A model generated the notes under the pieces. It was not told where the DNA came from. It searched no databases and saw nothing but the letters and a program-made list of their open reading frames with translations. 64,000 bases of DNA from positions 32,001 to 96,000 of the forward strand of contig JAYENL010000242.1 of assembly GCA_034722055.1 (NCBI GenBank), read 5' to 3'. Shown here in pieces: positions 29,718-37,345 of this stretch. The stretch is from Armatimonadota bacterium (GTDB taxonomy: Bacteria > Armatimonadota > Zipacnadia > Zipacnadales > UBA5352). The number at the start of each line of letters is the position of its first letter. Positions within the stretch are counted from its first letter, which is position 1. Position numbers and translations under genes: made by a program.

Positions 29718-30716
29718 CTATCGGCCCCTGATGCGCGCTTTGGCCCGCTCGTGCTCCTCGTTGGTGCGGGTGAAAACGTGCGTCCCGTCCGGCTTCGCCA
29801 CGTAGAACAGGGCATCGGTCTCGGCCGGTCGCAGCGCCGCCATCAGCGACGGCAGCCCCGGCGAGGCAATGGGCCCGGGCGGCAGGCCCGGATGCTGATA
29901 GGTGTTGTAGGGCGAGTCCACACGGGTATCCCTGTTCAGCAGCCGCTGCTTGTGCTCGCCGAGGGCGTACTGCACCGTAGCGTCGATCTGCAGCAGCATG
30001 CCGCGGTCGAGGCGGTTCTGGATGACCCCGGCGATCAGCGCCCGCTCCTCGTCCACCTTCGCCTCGCGCTCCACCAGTGACGCCAGCGTCACGATCTCGT
30101 GCAGGCTCAGCCTCCGCTGTGCGATCTCCTCCCGATTCGGCCTCCAGAAGCGCTCCTGCAGCTCCAGCACCATGCGCCGCACGACCGCCTCAGCCCCATC
30201 GTCGTAGGTGAACTGGTAGGTCTCCGGGAAGAGATAGCCCTCCAGCTTCCCCTCCGGCGGCGGCATCTCGACCTCATCTGCAACCGTGGCCGGAACCGCC
30301 GCCGACAGGAACTCATTACGCCCGGCGATCCCCGCCTCTGCCACCCGATCAGCGATCTGCTCCAGCATCAGACCCTCCGGGATGGTCAGCCGCCGGGTGG
30401 CCACCTCGCCGTTGACCAGCCGCTGCGCCATCTGCCACGGTGTCATCGCCGGCGAGAGGGCGTAATGGCCCGCCTTGAGCTGTGCCGCAGGGCTGCGTAT
30501 CAGCAGCATGACACGGAAGGCCAGGGCGTTGCGGATCAGGCCGTCGCGCTCCAGCTCCCGGGCGATCCGGGCCACTCCCGAGCCCCGCTCAATCTCCACG
30601 ATGCGCTCCTCGGCGTCGCTCGCAAGCGGCCGCAGGCTCTGCCGATACCAGACGCTCGAGGCGCCGACGATGAGGCCGATGGCGAAGATGATGAGCAGCG
30701 GCAGATGCCTACGCAT
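29718..30716 (-). CDS. mltG: Endolytic transglycosylase MltG
   Basis: TIPEG, LEGYLFPETY, LASLVERE, LQIDATVQY, DSPYNTY..PGLPPGPI. Confidence 0.95.
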   Translation of the reverse strand: MRRHLPLLIIFAIGLIVGASSVWYRQSLRPLASDAEERIVEIERGSGVARIARELERDGLIRNALAFRVMLLIRSPAAQLKAGHYALSPAMTPWQMAQRLVNGEVATRRLTIPEGLMLEQIADRVAEAGIAGRNEFLSAAVPATVADEVEMPPPEGKLEGYLFPETYQFTYDDGAEAVVRRMVLELQERFWRPNREEIAQRRLSLHEIVTLASLVEREAKVDEERALIAGVIQNRLDRGMLLQIDATVQYALGEHKQRLLNRDTRVDSPYNTYQHPGLPPGPIASPGLPSLMAALRPAETDALFYVAKPDGTHVFTRTNEEHERAKARIRGR

Positions 30717-31140
30717 CGGTATCCGCCCGGTGTCGTCTGCTGTCCAGCCAGCTCTGCAGGATCAGAGCCGCGGCCACCTTGTCCACCTGCCCGCGGCGAT
30801 CGCGTGAGCTGAGGCCCGCGTCGGCCATGCTGCGGTCAGCCGCGGCCGTCGTCAGCCGCTCATCGCAGGTCTCCACCGGCACCGACGCGCGCCGGCGCAG
30901 CTCGTCCACCATCCCCTGCATCTGCTCGGCGGCGGGGCCCACCTCCCCCCGCAGGTTGATGGGCATGCCCACCACGATGCGCTCGACCTCCAGCTCCTCC
31001 GCCCGCGCCAGCACCTCCGCGATGGGATCGCTCCCCTCCTCAAGGCTGATGACCTCCAGCGGCGAGGCGATCAGCCCCGAGCGGTCGCTGACCGCCAGGC
31101 CGATGCGCCTCTCGCCCATGTCAACGCCCAGAGCGCGCAT
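30709..31140 (-). CDS. ruvX: Pre-16S rRNA nuclease YqgF/RuvX
   Basis: MRALGVDMGERRIGLAVSD, VVGMP, DERLTT, VDKVAAALILQ. Confidence 0.95.
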   Translation of the reverse strand: MRALGVDMGERRIGLAVSDRSGLIASPLEVISLEEGSDPIAEVLARAEELEVERIVVGMPINLRGEVGPAAEQMQGMVDELRRRASVPVETCDERLTTAAADRSMADAGLSSRDRRGQVDKVAAALILQSWLDSRRHRADTDA

Positions 31141-31147
31141 GTCTCTC

Positions 31148-33784
31148 TCAGCCCTCGAGCTGCCTGGCCAGAATCTCGGCCGCGGCGGCGATGGCATCAT
31201 CGAGCTTCGCCGGGCTGCCGCCCCCCGCCTGCGCGAACCTGGGCGCGCCGCCCCCCCCGCCGCCGGCGCGCTCCGCCACCTCGCTGATGAGCTCACCGGC
31301 GTGCGCGCCTCGCTCGATGATGTCATCGGATACCTTCGCTACCAGCGCCACCTTCCGATCCGCGTCCCCGCCCAGCACGGCGGCGCCGGAGTCCAGCTTC
31401 TCGATGATCTCGTCGGCGAGGCTCTTGAGCATCTCCCGGTCCGCGCCATCGATCTTCGCGGCCACCAGCGTCGTCCCAGCGACCTCCGACGCCCCGGCGA
31501 TGAGGTCGGGCACGTTCACGCTGGCGCTCACCTGCCGGGCCTGCTCGACCTCCTTCTCAAGCTCCCTGACCTGCTGGCGAAGGGCACCGATGCGCCCGGC
31601 GATCTCCTCCACCGGGCAGTTCAGCTCCGCGGCCACGGCCTGCAGAGCCTCGTCGGCCTCGCGCGCGTGCCGCACCGCCGGCATCCCGGCCACCGCCTCG
31701 ATGCGCCGCGTCCCGGCCGCCACGGAGCTCTCCCCCAGGATGCGGAAGCTGCCGATCTCACCCGTGCGGCAGCAGTGGATCCCGCCGCACAGCTCGAAGC
31801 TCTCGGTTCCCACCCGCACCGTGCGCACCGTCTCGCCGTACTTCTCGCCGAACAGCGCGATGGCCCCGGCCTCCTCGGCCTCCTCCAGGTCCATGAAGTC
31901 CACATCCACGGGCAGGTCCTGAAGGATCCACTCGTTCACCTGCTCCTCGATCCGCACCAGGATGTCGTGATCTACCGCCTCGTGATGCGAGAAGTCGAAG
32001 CGCAGCCGATCCGGAGCCACCAGGGAGCCGGACTGTCTGACGTGCTCCCCGATCTCCTGGCGCAGGGCCGCGTGCAAGAGGTGCGTGGCGGTGTGATGGC
32101 GCCGGACGGCGTCGCGGCGCTGTTCATCGACGGTGGCGGTGACCTTCGCGGGGACCTCAACCGAGCCCTGAACCACCCGACCGACGTGAAGGACGTGTTC
32201 ACCGCGCTGCCGCGTATCCGTGACTTTGAAGCGGAAGGCGTCGCCGACGATGACCCCCGTGTCGCCGACCTGTCCGCCCCGTTCGGCGTAGAATGGCGTG
32301 GCCTCGAGAACCAGCGCCCCCTCCTCGTCGCGATCCAGTCTTGGCACGAACTCCCCGTCCACGAAGATGTCGAGGAGGTTGACTCGCGCGCTGGTCGTCT
32401 CGAACCCGATGAACTCGGTGGGCGGCACCTCCCATGTCACCGTGACATTGTGCAGCGCCAGTCCCTTCGCACCCGCCCGGGAGCGCTCTCGCTGGCGGGC
32501 CATGGCCTCCTCGAAGCCCTCCTCGTCCACGGTCATCCCGTGGTCCTTCGCGACCTCAACGGTCATCTCACGCGGCAGGCCGAAGGTGTCGTAGAGCCGG
32601 AAGGCCTCCTCGCCGGGGATCTCCGTGGCGCCCTTCTCCCGCAGCAGCTCGATCAGCCCCCGGATGCGCTCCATGCCCTCGGCGAGGGTGGTGGCGAACT
32701 GCTCCTCCTCGGCGCGCACCACGCCCACGCCGAACTCCTCCCGCTCGTGCAGCTCCGGGTATGCCTCGCCCATGACCTCAGCGACGGTGGGCAGGAGCCG
32801 GTGCATGAAGGGCCCGTCGGCCCCGATGTCCAGGCCGAAGCGGTAGGCCCGGCGCAGGAACCGCCGCAGGACGTAGCCGGCGCCCTCGTTGCTGGGCGCC
32901 ACGCCGTCGGCGGTGAGCATTGCCGCACCGCGAGCGTGATCGCAGATCACGCGCAGGGCCACGTCGGTGTCAGGGTCCTGACCGTAGCTGAGATCCACGC
33001 CCCAGTCCTGGCGGCCGATCTCGACCGTCCGCTGCACGATCCGCCACATCTCGTCGGTCTCGGTGCTGAAGGGCTTGTCCTGCAGGATCATGGCCAGGCG
33101 CTCGAAGCCCATGCCGGTGTCCACGCCCGGCTCGGGCAGCTCCGTAAGCGTCCCGTCCGGGGCCTCGGTGTACATCTGGAAGACCAGGTTCCACAGCTCG
33201 ACGAAGCGGTCGCAGTCACAGGCCGGTCCGCAGTCGGGCCGCCCGCAGCCCACGCCGGGGCCGTTGTCGAGGTGGATCTCGGTGCAGGGCCCGCAGGGCC
33301 CCTCCCACCGCTCCTCCGGCCACCAGTTCTCACTCCGGCCCAGCCGCACAATCCGCTCCATGGGCACCCCGATGCGCTGGTTCCAGATCTCCTCGGACTC
33401 GTCGTCGTCAGCGAAGACCGTGATCCACAGGTCCTCGCTGGGGATGCCCAGCACGTCCACCACGTACTCCCAGGCGAAGTCGATGGCCCCCTGCTTGAAG
33501 TAGTCGCCGAACGAGAAGTTGCCGAGCATCTCGAAGAAGGTGTGATGCGTGGGCGAGCGCCCGACGCGCTCCAGGTCGCCCATGCGGGCGCACTTCTGGT
33601 TGCTGACCACCCGCGGCGCCGGCGGGCTCTCCTCGCCGCGGAAGGCCCTGATGTAGGGCTGCATGCCGGCGACGGTGAACAGCGTGGTGGGATCGGCGGT
33701 GACGAGGGGCGCCGAGGGCATGATGCGATGCCCTCGCTCCTCGAAGAACCCCAGGAAGCTGTCGCGGATCTCCTGACACTTCAT
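31148..33784 (-). CDS. alaS: Alanine--tRNA ligase
   Basis: DPTTLFTVAGMQP, HHTFFEMLGNFSFGDYFK, VDTGMGFER, HTATHLLH, ELCGGIH, GGGGG..FAQAGG. Confidence 0.98.
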   Translation of the reverse strand: MKCQEIRDSFLGFFEERGHRIMPSAPLVTADPTTLFTVAGMQPYIRAFRGEESPPAPRVVSNQKCARMGDLERVGRSPTHHTFFEMLGNFSFGDYFKQGAIDFAWEYVVDVLGIPSEDLWITVFADDDESEEIWNQRIGVPMERIVRLGRSENWWPEERWEGPCGPCTEIHLDNGPGVGCGRPDCGPACDCDRFVELWNLVFQMYTEAPDGTLTELPEPGVDTGMGFERLAMILQDKPFSTETDEMWRIVQRTVEIGRQDWGVDLSYGQDPDTDVALRVICDHARGAAMLTADGVAPSNEGAGYVLRRFLRRAYRFGLDIGADGPFMHRLLPTVAEVMGEAYPELHEREEFGVGVVRAEEEQFATTLAEGMERIRGLIELLREKGATEIPGEEAFRLYDTFGLPREMTVEVAKDHGMTVDEEGFEEAMARQRERSRAGAKGLALHNVTVTWEVPPTEFIGFETTSARVNLLDIFVDGEFVPRLDRDEEGALVLEATPFYAERGGQVGDTGVIVGDAFRFKVTDTRQRGEHVLHVGRVVQGSVEVPAKVTATVDEQRRDAVRRHHTATHLLHAALRQEIGEHVRQSGSLVAPDRLRFDFSHHEAVDHDILVRIEEQVNEWILQDLPVDVDFMDLEEAEEAGAIALFGEKYGETVRTVRVGTESFELCGGIHCCRTGEIGSFRILGESSVAAGTRRIEAVAGMPAVRHAREADEALQAVAAELNCPVEEIAGRIGALRQQVRELEKEVEQARQVSASVNVPDLIAGASEVAGTTLVAAKIDGADREMLKSLADEIIEKLDSGAAVLGGDADRKVALVAKVSDDIIERGAHAGELISEVAERAGGGGGGAPRFAQAGGGSPAKLDDAIAAAAEILARQLEG

Positions 33785-33815
33785 CGGCGGGAATCTCCCC
33801 TGCATGTGTAGGTCG

Positions 33816-33838
33816 AAAACCGCGGCCCGCAGGCCGCG
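33816..33838 (-). terminator. Possible terminator/regulatory hairpin between the sigma gene and alaS
   Basis: CGCGGCC-TGCG-GGCCGCG-GTTTT on the minus strand. Confidence 0.4.
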
Positions 33839-33868
33839 CATGTTGTCGGTCGTGACCGTCAGCGGGCG

Positions 33869-34636
33869 CTACTGCTCGTCCCGGCTCTCGAAGATCTCCC
33901 GGAGCTGCTCGATGGCCCGGCGCTGCAGCCGCGACACGTGCATCTGCGAGATCCCGAGGCGGTCGGCCACCTGCTGCTGGGACAGCTCATGGAAGTAGCG
34001 CAGCACGACGATGATGCGCTGGCGGGGCGTGAGCTTGGCGAGCGCCCAGCGCAGCTCGTCGCGCCGGTCGAGCAGGTCAAGGTTCGGATCCATCTCCCCC
34101 GTGCGATCGGCCACCGAGAGCCCGCTGTCCTCGTCGGCCGTCTCCGGTCCGGTATCCTGCAGGCTCGTCAGGTCGTACTGCGCGGCCACCTCCACAGCCT
34201 CGATAACCGCCTCCTCGGGGACGCTCAGCGCCGACGCCAGTTCCGAGTATGTGGGTGACCGTGCCAGCTTGTGCGTCAGCTCCTCCCGGGCCTCGCGGAC
34301 CTGCAGGCTCAGCTCCTGAACCCGCCTGGGCACACGCAGCCCCCAGGTGGCGTCGCGGAAGAACCGGCGCAGCTCGCCGCGGATGGTGGGAACCGCAAAG
34401 GTGGCGAACTTCGTGCCCCGGTCGGGGTCATAACGGTCAACAGCGTTGACCAGTCCGATGTTTCCCACACTCAGCAGGTCGCCGTAGGGGACGCCCGAGT
34501 CCTTGTACTTGTTGGCTACGTGGCGCACCAGGCCCCTGTGGCGCTGGATGAGGTAGTCCCGCAGTTCGGGGTCGTCGGTCCTGCGGAGAATACGGAAGAG
34601 GTCCTGGGTGGAGAGATCGTCCCATCGGTCCCTCAT
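33869..34636 (-). CDS. SigB/SigF/SigG family RNA polymerase sigma factor
   Basis: IGLVNAVDRYDPDRGTKFATFAVPTIRGELRRFFRD..WGLRVPRR; LSQQQVADRLGISQMHVSRL. Confidence 0.93.
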   Translation of the reverse strand: MRDRWDDLSTQDLFRILRRTDDPELRDYLIQRHRGLVRHVANKYKDSGVPYGDLLSVGNIGLVNAVDRYDPDRGTKFATFAVPTIRGELRRFFRDATWGLRVPRRVQELSLQVREAREELTHKLARSPTYSELASALSVPEEAVIEAVEVAAQYDLTSLQDTGPETADEDSGLSVADRTGEMDPNLDLLDRRDELRWALAKLTPRQRIIVVLRYFHELSQQQVADRLGISQMHVSRLQRRAIEQLREIFESRDEQ

Positions 34637-34640
34637 GGCC

Positions 34641-35081
34641 TCACCTGGCCGCGCGTTTGACCATGATGACCCGGGTGCCACTGCCGGGTGCGCTCTCCAC
34701 CGTCAGCGAGTCCGTAAGCTCCCTCATCAGCCCGAAGCCCAGCCCGCCCTCGCCCTCCAGACCGTTGCGCTGGGCGCGCTGCAGCGCCTCGGGGTCGAAG
34801 CCCACGCCCTCATCCTCCACCTCCACGGTCATTTCGCCCTTGCCGGTGCTCATCCGCAGGTTGATCATGCGGCGCTCCGGCGGCACGTTGTCGTCGAAGG
34901 CGTGGCTGATGACGTTGGTGCAGGCCTCGGCCACCGCCACCTTCAGATCGTCGATGTCGTCAACACTCAGGCCGGCACGCAGGCCCACGCCGCTGGTCGC
35001 CAGCCTGGCCACCAGCAGGTACTCCGGCTTGCTCGGCAGCACCAGCTCCACGGTGTTGGCGTCTCTGGCGCCCATACTCAC
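34641..35081 (-). CDS. rsbW: RsbW-type anti-sigma factor serine kinase
   Basis: IDDLKVAVAEACTNV..HA, VEDEGVGF, EGGLGFGLM; GTG start overlaps the upstream stop (alternative ATG 35075). Confidence 0.88.
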   Translation of the reverse strand: MSMGARDANTVELVLPSKPEYLLVARLATSGVGLRAGLSVDDIDDLKVAVAEACTNVISHAFDDNVPPERRMINLRMSTGKGEMTVEVEDEGVGFDPEALQRAQRNGLEGEGGLGFGLMRELTDSLTVESAPGSGTRVIMVKRAAR

Positions 35082-35464
35082 GGTGCCTCCTCCCCGCCGG
35101 CGCCCTCCGAGCGCTCCTGCGCGAGCTCCTGCAGGCGCTCGCGGGCGGCCCCCACATCCTTCACGACGTTGAGGATCTCGTGCGTGCCGGAGATCTGGAA
35201 GATGCGCAGCAGGTTCTTGCGGTCGCAGGCCACGGCCACGTCGCCGCCGGCCTGCCGACACTTCTTGGCGGTCTCTATCAGGATCCCCAGGCCGGTGCTG
35301 TCGAGGTAGGTCAGCTCCGTCAGGTCCGCTACGATCCACCGCACGCCCTGGTCGAGCTGCTCGTCCAGGGCGTCGCGCAGGTCGGGAGCGGTGTAGGCGT
35401 CGAGCTCGCCGGTCACATGGCAGAGGGCGGTGTCCTCGTCCGTCCGCTCGGCAGTAATCCGCAA
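35078..35464 (-). CDS. rsbV: RsbV-type STAS anti-anti-sigma factor
   Basis: VTGELDAYTAPDLR, DL..LTYLDSTGLGILI (phospho-Ser motif); TTG start 9 nt after GGAGG. Confidence 0.88.
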   Translation of the reverse strand: MRITAERTDEDTALCHVTGELDAYTAPDLRDALDEQLDQGVRWIVADLTELTYLDSTGLGILIETAKKCRQAGGDVAVACDRKNLLRIFQISGTHEILNVVKDVGAARERLQELAQERSEGAGGEEAP

Positions 35465-35469
35465 CTCTT

Positions 35470-36846
35470 TCAGCCTCCCGCGTGCTCGTCGGTGTCCCCG
35501 GCATCCGGCCGCTGATCGGGCTCCGTCCCGTTCCCCATCAGCCCACGAAGCTCCTGGAGCCGCTCGGCGATGCGGCCCTCGCGGGGGTTCTCTCCCGGCT
35601 GGTAGTACCGCCTGGGCTCGGTCCCCGCCGGCCAGTAGCTCTGCCGCACCCACCCTCCGGCGTGGTCGTGCGGGTAGAGGTACTCCGCCTCCTCCGCATC
35701 CGCTCGCGGCCCGCCGGCGAGGTGAGCGGGGACCTTCATTCCGCCCTCCTGCCGCACATCCTCCCGGGCCTGCGCGATGGCCATGTATGCCGAGTTGCTC
35801 TTGGGCGCAACAGCGAGGTGAATGGTGGCCTCAGCTAACGGAATCTGGGCCTCCGGCAATCCGACGTATTCTACCGCATCGGCCGCCGCCACCGCAACCC
35901 GAAGCGACGTGGTGTCGGCCAGCCCGATGTCCTCCGCCGCCGCGATCACCAGCCGCCGGGCGATGAACCGCGGGTCCTCCCCGCCCTCCAGCATCTTGGC
36001 CAGCCAGTAGATGGCAGCATCCGGGTCCGAGCCGCGAATGCTCTTGATGTACGCCGAGATCGTGTCATAGTGCTCGTCGCCGGCCCGGTCGTACTTCATC
36101 ACCGGTCGGTCCAGCGCCCGCTGGGCCGTCTCCATGGTCACGCGCCGCACGCCGTCCTCATCCGGCGGGGTGCTCTGCACTGCCAGCTCCAGGGCGCCCA
36201 ACGCCACCCGGGCGTCTCCGCCGGCGGAGGCTGCGATGTGCTCCACGACCCCCTCGGTCGGCTCCGGGTTCTGGTCCGCCAGGCCACGCTCCTCGTCGCC
36301 CAGCGCCCGCCACAGCAGCACCTCCAGCTCCTCCGGCGCCAGCGGCTCCAGCGTCACCAGTCGGCAGCGCGACAGCAGCGGGCTGATGATGGAGAAGAAC
36401 GGGTTCTCGGTGGTGGCGCCGATGAGGGTGAAGGTGCCATCCTCCACGTGCGGCAGCAGGTAGTCCTGCTGGGCCTTGTTCAGGCGATGGACCTCGTCGA
36501 GGAAGAGCACGGTTCCCGCGTCGTGCAGCGCCCTTCGCTCCCGGGCGTCGGCGGCCGTGTCTCGGATGTCCTGCACGCCGGCCTCCACCGCCGAGAGCTG
36601 CACGAAGTGAGAGCTGGTGCGGCGGGCGATGATCCGCGCCAGGGTAGTCTTGCCGCTGCCGGCCGGACCCACCAGGATCATTGACGGCAGGCGGTCGGCC
36701 TCCAGCGCCCTCCGCAGCAGAGAGCCCTCTCGCAGCACCTCCTCCTGCCCCACCATCTCGTCGAGGTCGCGGGGTCGCATCCGCGCCGCCAGAGGCGCGC
36801 TGGGGTCTACCTGCTCGCCGCTGTCGAAGAGGCTCTCTGTCATCAT
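35470..36846 (-). CDS. rarA: Replication-associated recombination protein A
   Basis: APLAARMRP, GPAGSGKTT, LFLDEVHR, IGATTENP, HYDTISAYIKSIRGSDPDAA, YLYPHD. Confidence 0.96.
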   Translation of the reverse strand: MMTESLFDSGEQVDPSAPLAARMRPRDLDEMVGQEEVLREGSLLRRALEADRLPSMILVGPAGSGKTTLARIIARRTSSHFVQLSAVEAGVQDIRDTAADARERRALHDAGTVLFLDEVHRLNKAQQDYLLPHVEDGTFTLIGATTENPFFSIISPLLSRCRLVTLEPLAPEELEVLLWRALGDEERGLADQNPEPTEGVVEHIAASAGGDARVALGALELAVQSTPPDEDGVRRVTMETAQRALDRPVMKYDRAGDEHYDTISAYIKSIRGSDPDAAIYWLAKMLEGGEDPRFIARRLVIAAAEDIGLADTTSLRVAVAAADAVEYVGLPEAQIPLAEATIHLAVAPKSNSAYMAIAQAREDVRQEGGMKVPAHLAGGPRADAEEAEYLYPHDHAGGWVRQSYWPAGTEPRRYYQPGENPREGRIAERLQELRGLMGNGTEPDQRPDAGDTDEHAGG

Positions 36847-36911
36847 GGGCACCGCTGGCTTGGGGCGCTCGCTCCGGGAGGTGATGCAACCGGGCCGGGG
36901 AAAAGAAGAGC

Positions 36912-37120
36912 GGCGAGGACCCCGCAGTGACCGTTGGCCCGTGGGGTTGTGAACCCTGTCGGCAAGTGGGTGCCCTCCCGCCGGTTTTGTGTATCTCCAC
37001 GTGGAGGGGCGCAGCCCCTCAGGGCGGAGCGTCACGCTGCCGGCGAAGCCAGGCTCCCTCAAGATGGGTGTTGGCTCAAACCGAGTTGGGCTTCACGCAT
37101 CCCGCAGGGTAGCCCTCGCC
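36912..37120 (-). ncRNA. ssrS: 6S RNA
   Basis: Long self-complementary rod (5' GGCGAGG..ACCCTGCGG / 3' CTGCGGGT-CCTCGCC); hallmark segments TTTGAGCCAACA..TTGAGGGAGCC and GGCACCCACTTG..GGGTTCA; directly upstream of rarA; followed by a U-rich tract. Confidence 0.85.
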
Positions 37121-37126
37121 ATGGGT

Positions 37127-37155
37127 ATGCTACCACAACGCCGGCCGCTCTTCAA
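37127..37155 (-). promoter_or_regulatory. Sigma70-type promoter of 6S RNA
   Basis: TTGAAG-17 nt-TAGCAT with extended TG; predicted +1 coincides with the start of the terminal stem. Confidence 0.65.
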
Positions 37156-37345
37156 GTGCCGAGAGCAGAATGCTGACAACAGTCACATCTGATGGTTACG
37201 CACGTGCAGGACTTGGCGTCTTGCGAGCAGTATCGCAATGATCCTGTGTAAGCCACACAGGGGCCTCTGCGGCTCTTCGCCGCCCGCACCTGGTGCTGAC
37301 GGTTGATGTTTGCCGGCCACCGCCGCGCCTTCGGGAGGAAGTGTG

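Noticed and set aside
30779..33811. 1010-aa ORF antisense to alaS, and similar long shadows at 690-2660, 40095-42146, 57057-58829 and 61335-63704
   Set aside because: Expected from high GC3 codon bias; no motifs and fully overlapping well-supported genes
33785..33868. Possible T-box before alaS
   Set aside because: The spacer is only 84 nt with no T-box consensus; just one hairpin
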